Part shown: positions 59,909-64,000 of the stretch, one piece after another
Position numbering within the stretch: the first letter of the stretch is position 1
Layout of the letters: every line of letters begins with the position of its first letter
Made by a program: the position numbers and the translations under genes
Source of the DNA: a virus
Lineage: Duplodnaviria > Caudoviricetes
Length of the DNA: 64,000 nucleotides
Reading direction: 5' to 3' (one strand)
Virus record (IMG/VR): IMGVR_UViG_3300028549_001530
Span: 1-64,000 of that record
Notes under the pieces: generated by a model
The model's input: the letters and a program-made list of their open reading frames with translations, nothing else
What the model was told of the DNA's origin: nothing
Databases searched by the model: none

Positions 59909-62900
59909 ATGGGAATTTTTGACAATGCTCTTAGTAAAAGTAGAGAGTTGATAGGTGAATTTAAAGATCAGACAAACGCTTTCATTAACAAAAATAAAGA
60001 CGAAGAAGCTATTGTATTTATCAAGTCTACTATATCGACTTTTGAGACAATGTTAAAAGCTATTGATACTTTTCTAAAGAAGAAAAATGTAGATGTAGGT
60101 AAAGCAGTTGAAACTGGTAAAGATGTTATTCATAAAGCAAGTAACGTAGCTAAGAATGTTGCTAAAGAAGCAGCTAATAGTAGTTTAGGTCAGAAACTTA
60201 AAAGTAAAGGTGAGGAAGCTTATTCTAAAGTTAAATCACTTTTTGCGAAAAGTGATAATAAGGATACAGCGCCACCTGATAGCAAACCAAGTTTTATTCA
60301 AAGAGCTATAACTGAAGGTAATAGAATACTTTCAGAAAATAAGCTTGATAGGTTTCGTAGTGATAATAAAGAAGAATCACCAATTAAACCAAAAGGAATA
60401 TTTGCTACTCTTAAAGAAAAAGTTAAAGCAAGAGCAGCTAAAAAAGACACAGAGGTAGCTGAAGAAAAGAAAGCCGTTAAGGATGTAGTAGAAAAGAAAG
60501 AAGTTAATAAACCTAAGGGTGGTTTATTAGGTGGATTACTGTCAGGAGGTGTTGGCTTATTAGGAAAAGCTGCATCAGGTATACTTACTAAAGTTGTACC
60601 AACAGTAGCGTCCGGTATAGCGAAAGGCACCACAACAGCAGTAGGTGGGTTAGCTAAAGGTGCAGCTAAAACAGCTATAGAGACAGTTAAACCAAATAGT
60701 AAAAAACAAAGAAAAGCTGACAGAAAACTAAAAGTTAAAAAAGCTACTTTTGATAAAGCTAAAGAAAGAGATGATAAAAACGACAAAGAAGTAGCTGAGG
60801 AAAAGAAAGCAGTATTAGAACAAGCTGAAAAAGACAAAGCAAAAAAAGACGAAAATGCAAAAGGTGGATGGTTAAGTAAGATACTAGGAGCAGTTACATC
60901 TTTAGGTGGAATGCTTATGGGTGGCTTAGGAACTCTTGGTAAATTTGCTGTAGGTGGAATAGGTAAAGTTATTAAATTTGGAGCTGGTTTCCTATTTAAA
61001 GGGTTGACTAAAACTTTATTTTCAATTGTACCAAAGTTATCTGGTGGTATAGCTAAATCACTACAAGGTTTAGTTGGTAATGTCCTTAAAGGTGGGTGGG
61101 GGTTAGCTAAGACTGGTTTAAAAGCTGGTTTAAGGGCTGCTCTACCTTTTGCTGGTAAAGCTTTAGCTATGGCTGGTAAAGGTCTTGTCACAGCAGCAAC
61201 AGCGATAGGACCAGTTGGTTGGGTTGTTCTTGGTGTAGGTGCAGCACTTTTTGGAGGTTATTTATTATATAAATACCTTAGTAAAAATGATGTAGCTGAT
61301 GATTTTGCTGGTAAACTCACAAGACTACGTTTATTGATGTATGGTTTTAATGATACAAATAAAGAATATTACTCTAAGATCTTTGATGTAGAAATGCTAC
61401 TTAAGGATTTCATTGAATACAAAGAAGGTAAACTTCTTATGAAACCTTTTGACAAAGAGTTTAAAGAAAAGATACTAGAGATCTTTAAAGTAGAGGCTTC
61501 AGAAAAAGAAAAGTTCGCTATATTACAGACTTGGTTTATTAAGAGAATGATACCTGCTTATAGAGCTTTTATGACAGCTTTTAAAGGTATCAATCCAGCT
61601 TTATACTTAGATGACTTAGATAAACTCAAAGATGGTGATATACCTATACTGTTATCTAAATTGAATATACCATTATCAATCTATGATATTAAACAAGCAC
61701 CTACATTTGATACAACTAATACCAACATTGTAGTCAATAAACAAGAAATTGATAATTATATCTCTAACATACTAACATCAGCTAAGTCTAAAGAACCTAA
61801 AGTTAAACCTGTAACACAAGTTCAAACTAAACCTATAACCACACCTACCCCAATGGTAGTTAAATCACCAGAAAAAACTTATTCATCAGCCAGAGGTTCT
61901 GCTAATGTTGATAAACAATTAAATCAACCACAAGTTCAGACTAAAGACACAATAGCGCCTTCACACGCTGAAGGTGAAGAAAAACCAAAAGAAGAACCAA
62001 CTAAATCAGATACAGTACAAACAAAAGTATCTGGTAAACTTAATGTTGCTACTGGTAAATTATCACCTGGCACAACGAGTATGGTTGGTATAACTAGAAT
62101 AAATAAAGAAAAGATAATTAGCCTTGATCCTAATGTTAAAGAACTTTTCACAGGTATGGCTAAAGAGTACAATACGTTAACAGGTAAATCTATACCTGTT
62201 AGTGAAGCATTTAGATCATATAAAGACCAAGAAGCTTTATATAAATCAAAACCTAAAGGCCAAGCAGCTAAACCAGGGAACTCAACTCACGAGTATGGTT
62301 TAGCCCTTGATATAGATACACCATATGCTAACGAATTAGACAAACTAGGTCTACTTAGAAAATATGGTTTTACTAGACCTGTTCAAGGTGAAACATGGCA
62401 TTTAGAACCAATAGGTGTTTCTTTAAATCCAGGTCTTGCTAAGAAGGATCCTAATTTTAGAAATACAGCAGTTGTGTCATCTATAGGTAGAGGTGGTGGT
62501 GGGTTTGGTGCTAAACCAAGTCAGATAAAAGGCCATCGTGATATAGGTTATCAGAATGCTATATTTAATCAAAAGTCTGATACCCCTGTTGATGTACAAA
62601 AAGCTTTAGCTGCAATTAAAGATACTTCTCTACCAACACCTAGTACTCCTGTTAAAATAACTGATAAAGTTGATAAACCAGAACAGACTACAACCACAGA
62701 TAATAATAAGAGTAAAGTTGATGTAATAGAGAGTGTTGATCCTAAAGAGCAAGCTTTGGTTAAACCAACAAAAACTCCTATAGTTAAACCTGAAGTTAAT
62801 ACTAATATAGAAACAACACCTCCTGTTGTCACAGCTAATACAAATACTGACGTCGGTAAAGTAGCTGACTTAAAACCTGAACAAGCGATTGAGCAAGCAG

Positions 62901-63979
62901 CTAAACTAACAGGTGTAGATAAAGATACATTAATGGCTTTTGCTAAAATAGAATCTGGTCTAAATCCATCAGCTAAACCTAGCACTAGTAGGGCAGCAGG
63001 ATTATTTCAAATTGTACCAAATACATGGAAAGGATTAATGTCTAAATATGGTGCTATGTATAACATACCGTCAGACGCTAAACCAGAAAATAGTTATTAT
63101 AATGCAATTTTAGCAGCAGAATATGCTAAAGAAAATTTATCAAAACTTGGTAACTATAAAGAAGCTAAACTTGAAGAGTCTACAGCTATGTATTTAGCGC
63201 ATCATTTTGGTGTTAGTGGTGCTAATAATATAATTAATCAGATTTTATCAGATCCAAATAAACCTATGGAACAAACGGTTTCTCCTAGTTCATTTAAAGC
63301 AAATAGACAAGAGCTTACAGGTCAAACAGCAGGATCTTATGCTAAAATGGTAGCTTTAAAAATAAATAAAGCTGGTAATACTAAATATCCATCTCAAGTA
63401 TCTAAACCATCAGAGCAAACCTCAGTGTCTTCTATTAAAAATGATTCTGATACTAACTCTTTAACACAAGATACATCATATAACAATAAACCTATTAAAA
63501 CAGATACTCCATCAGTAACTGATAACACTTTTGACCAGAAAACGTATTTAAAGCCCTCAGGTGACGTTTTAAATAAATTTAGTACAGATGCTACTCCACA
63601 GATAAATGATCGCGTTAGAAGGCCTTTAAATGCGTTTAATGACACCATAACAAAAACACTAGAAGAAATTAAGAAACCAAATCCTTCTATTAATTCAACA
63701 TCATATAGTTCAATGACTAATAAAGTTGACAAAGCAGCATCACCTGTACAATCCACACCAGAGTTTAGTACAGGTAAAATGGAAGATATATTAACTGATC
63801 AATTAACTAACCTTACACAAATCGTATCTATTCTTACCAGTATAGATGGTAAGATTAATCTAGATAAACTTAAAGAAGCTATACCTTCACAATCTAACCA
63901 ATTTGCTAAACCAGACTTAGTCAATATGGGACAATCTAAAAGTGCAGTTAATTTAACTAGAAGATCACTTACAGCTTAA
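59909..63979 (+). CDS. Tape-measure-like virion protein with M15 peptidase and SLT/lysozyme-like domains
   Basis: Gly/Leu/Ala-rich TM-like region; RSYKDQ...PGNSTHEYGLALD...WHLE (M15/VanY type); KIESGLNP...AAGLFQIV..TW (SLT type). Confidence 0.85.
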   Translation: MGIFDNALSKSRELIGEFKDQTNAFINKNKDEEAIVFIKSTISTFETMLKAIDTFLKKKNVDVGKAVETGKDVIHKASNVAKNVAKEAANSSLGQKLKSKGEEAYSKVKSLFAKSDNKDTAPPDSKPSFIQRAITEGNRILSENKLDRFRSDNKEESPIKPKGIFATLKEKVKARAAKKDTEVAEEKKAVKDVVEKKEVNKPKGGLLGGLLSGGVGLLGKAASGILTKVVPTVASGIAKGTTTAVGGLAKGAAKTAIETVKPNSKKQRKADRKLKVKKATFDKAKERDDKNDKEVAEEKKAVLEQAEKDKAKKDENAKGGWLSKILGAVTSLGGMLMGGLGTLGKFAVGGIGKVIKFGAGFLFKGLTKTLFSIVPKLSGGIAKSLQGLVGNVLKGGWGLAKTGLKAGLRAALPFAGKALAMAGKGLVTAATAIGPVGWVVLGVGAALFGGYLLYKYLSKNDVADDFAGKLTRLRLLMYGFNDTNKEYYSKIFDVEMLLKDFIEYKEGKLLMKPFDKEFKEKILEIFKVEASEKEKFAILQTWFIKRMIPAYRAFMTAFKGINPALYLDDLDKLKDGDIPILLSKLNIPLSIYDIKQAPTFDTTNTNIVVNKQEIDNYISNILTSAKSKEPKVKPVTQVQTKPITTPTPMVVKSPEKTYSSARGSANVDKQLNQPQVQTKDTIAPSHAEGEEKPKEEPTKSDTVQTKVSGKLNVATGKLSPGTTSMVGITRINKEKIISLDPNVKELFTGMAKEYNTLTGKSIPVSEAFRSYKDQEALYKSKPKGQAAKPGNSTHEYGLALDIDTPYANELDKLGLLRKYGFTRPVQGETWHLEPIGVSLNPGLAKKDPNFRNTAVVSSIGRGGGGFGAKPSQIKGHRDIGYQNAIFNQKSDTPVDVQKALAAIKDTSLPTPSTPVKITDKVDKPEQTTTTDNNKSKVDVIESVDPKEQALVKPTKTPIVKPEVNTNIETTPPVVTANTNTDVGKVADLKPEQAIEQAAKLTGVDKDTLMAFAKIESGLNPSAKPSTSRAAGLFQIVPNTWKGLMSKYGAMYNIPSDAKPENSYYNAILAAEYAKENLSKLGNYKEAKLEESTAMYLAHHFGVSGANNIINQILSDPNKPMEQTVSPSSFKANRQELTGQTAGSYAKMVALKINKAGNTKYPSQVSKPSEQTSVSSIKNDSDTNSLTQDTSYNNKPIKTDTPSVTDNTFDQKTYLKPSGDVLNKFSTDATPQINDRVRRPLNAFNDTITKTLEEIKKPNPSINSTSYSSMTNKVDKAASPVQSTPEFSTGKMEDILTDQLTNLTQIVSILTSIDGKINLDKLKEAIPSQSNQFAKPDLVNMGQSKSAVNLTRRSLTA

Positions 63980-64000
63980 AATATACCCCTCTAGAGCTAA

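Noticed and set aside
60298-61191. 297-aa antisense ORF
   Set aside because: Mirror of the Lys/Ala/Gly-rich sense gene's codon bias; no RBS.
1-64000. Stop-codon reassignment
   Set aside because: Conserved genes are full length under code 11; the only break (nrdJ) is explained by the intron.

Overview
AT-rich window of a phiKZ-like (nucleus-forming, Chimalliviridae-type) jumbo phage genome. The lineage call rests on a phiKZ-type major capsid protein, portal, two split RNA polymerase subunits (one with a DxDGD motif), conserved structural genes and a tape-measure/lysin region. Metabolic genes include NAD-dependent ligase, RuvC, a spanin pair and a class II RNR. The window is unusually rich in selfish and RNA elements. 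These are two near-identical TnpB elements with different guides, an HNH-less IsrB with omegaRNA under an early promoter, a solitary IS right end, and two paralogous free-standing endonucleases built from four Zn-repeat modules. One of those endonucleases sits between the portal gene and a second, diverged copy of the portal 3' end. nrdJ is broken by three inteins plus a group I intron inside the catalytic Cys codon, and a tRNA-Ile2(CAT) carries a group I intron. An 8-copy promoter motif (ACATATATA-N5-TGTAA) is evident, and three copies are followed by a structurally conserved 5'-leader hairpin. All calls come from reading the sequence; no database searches were run.
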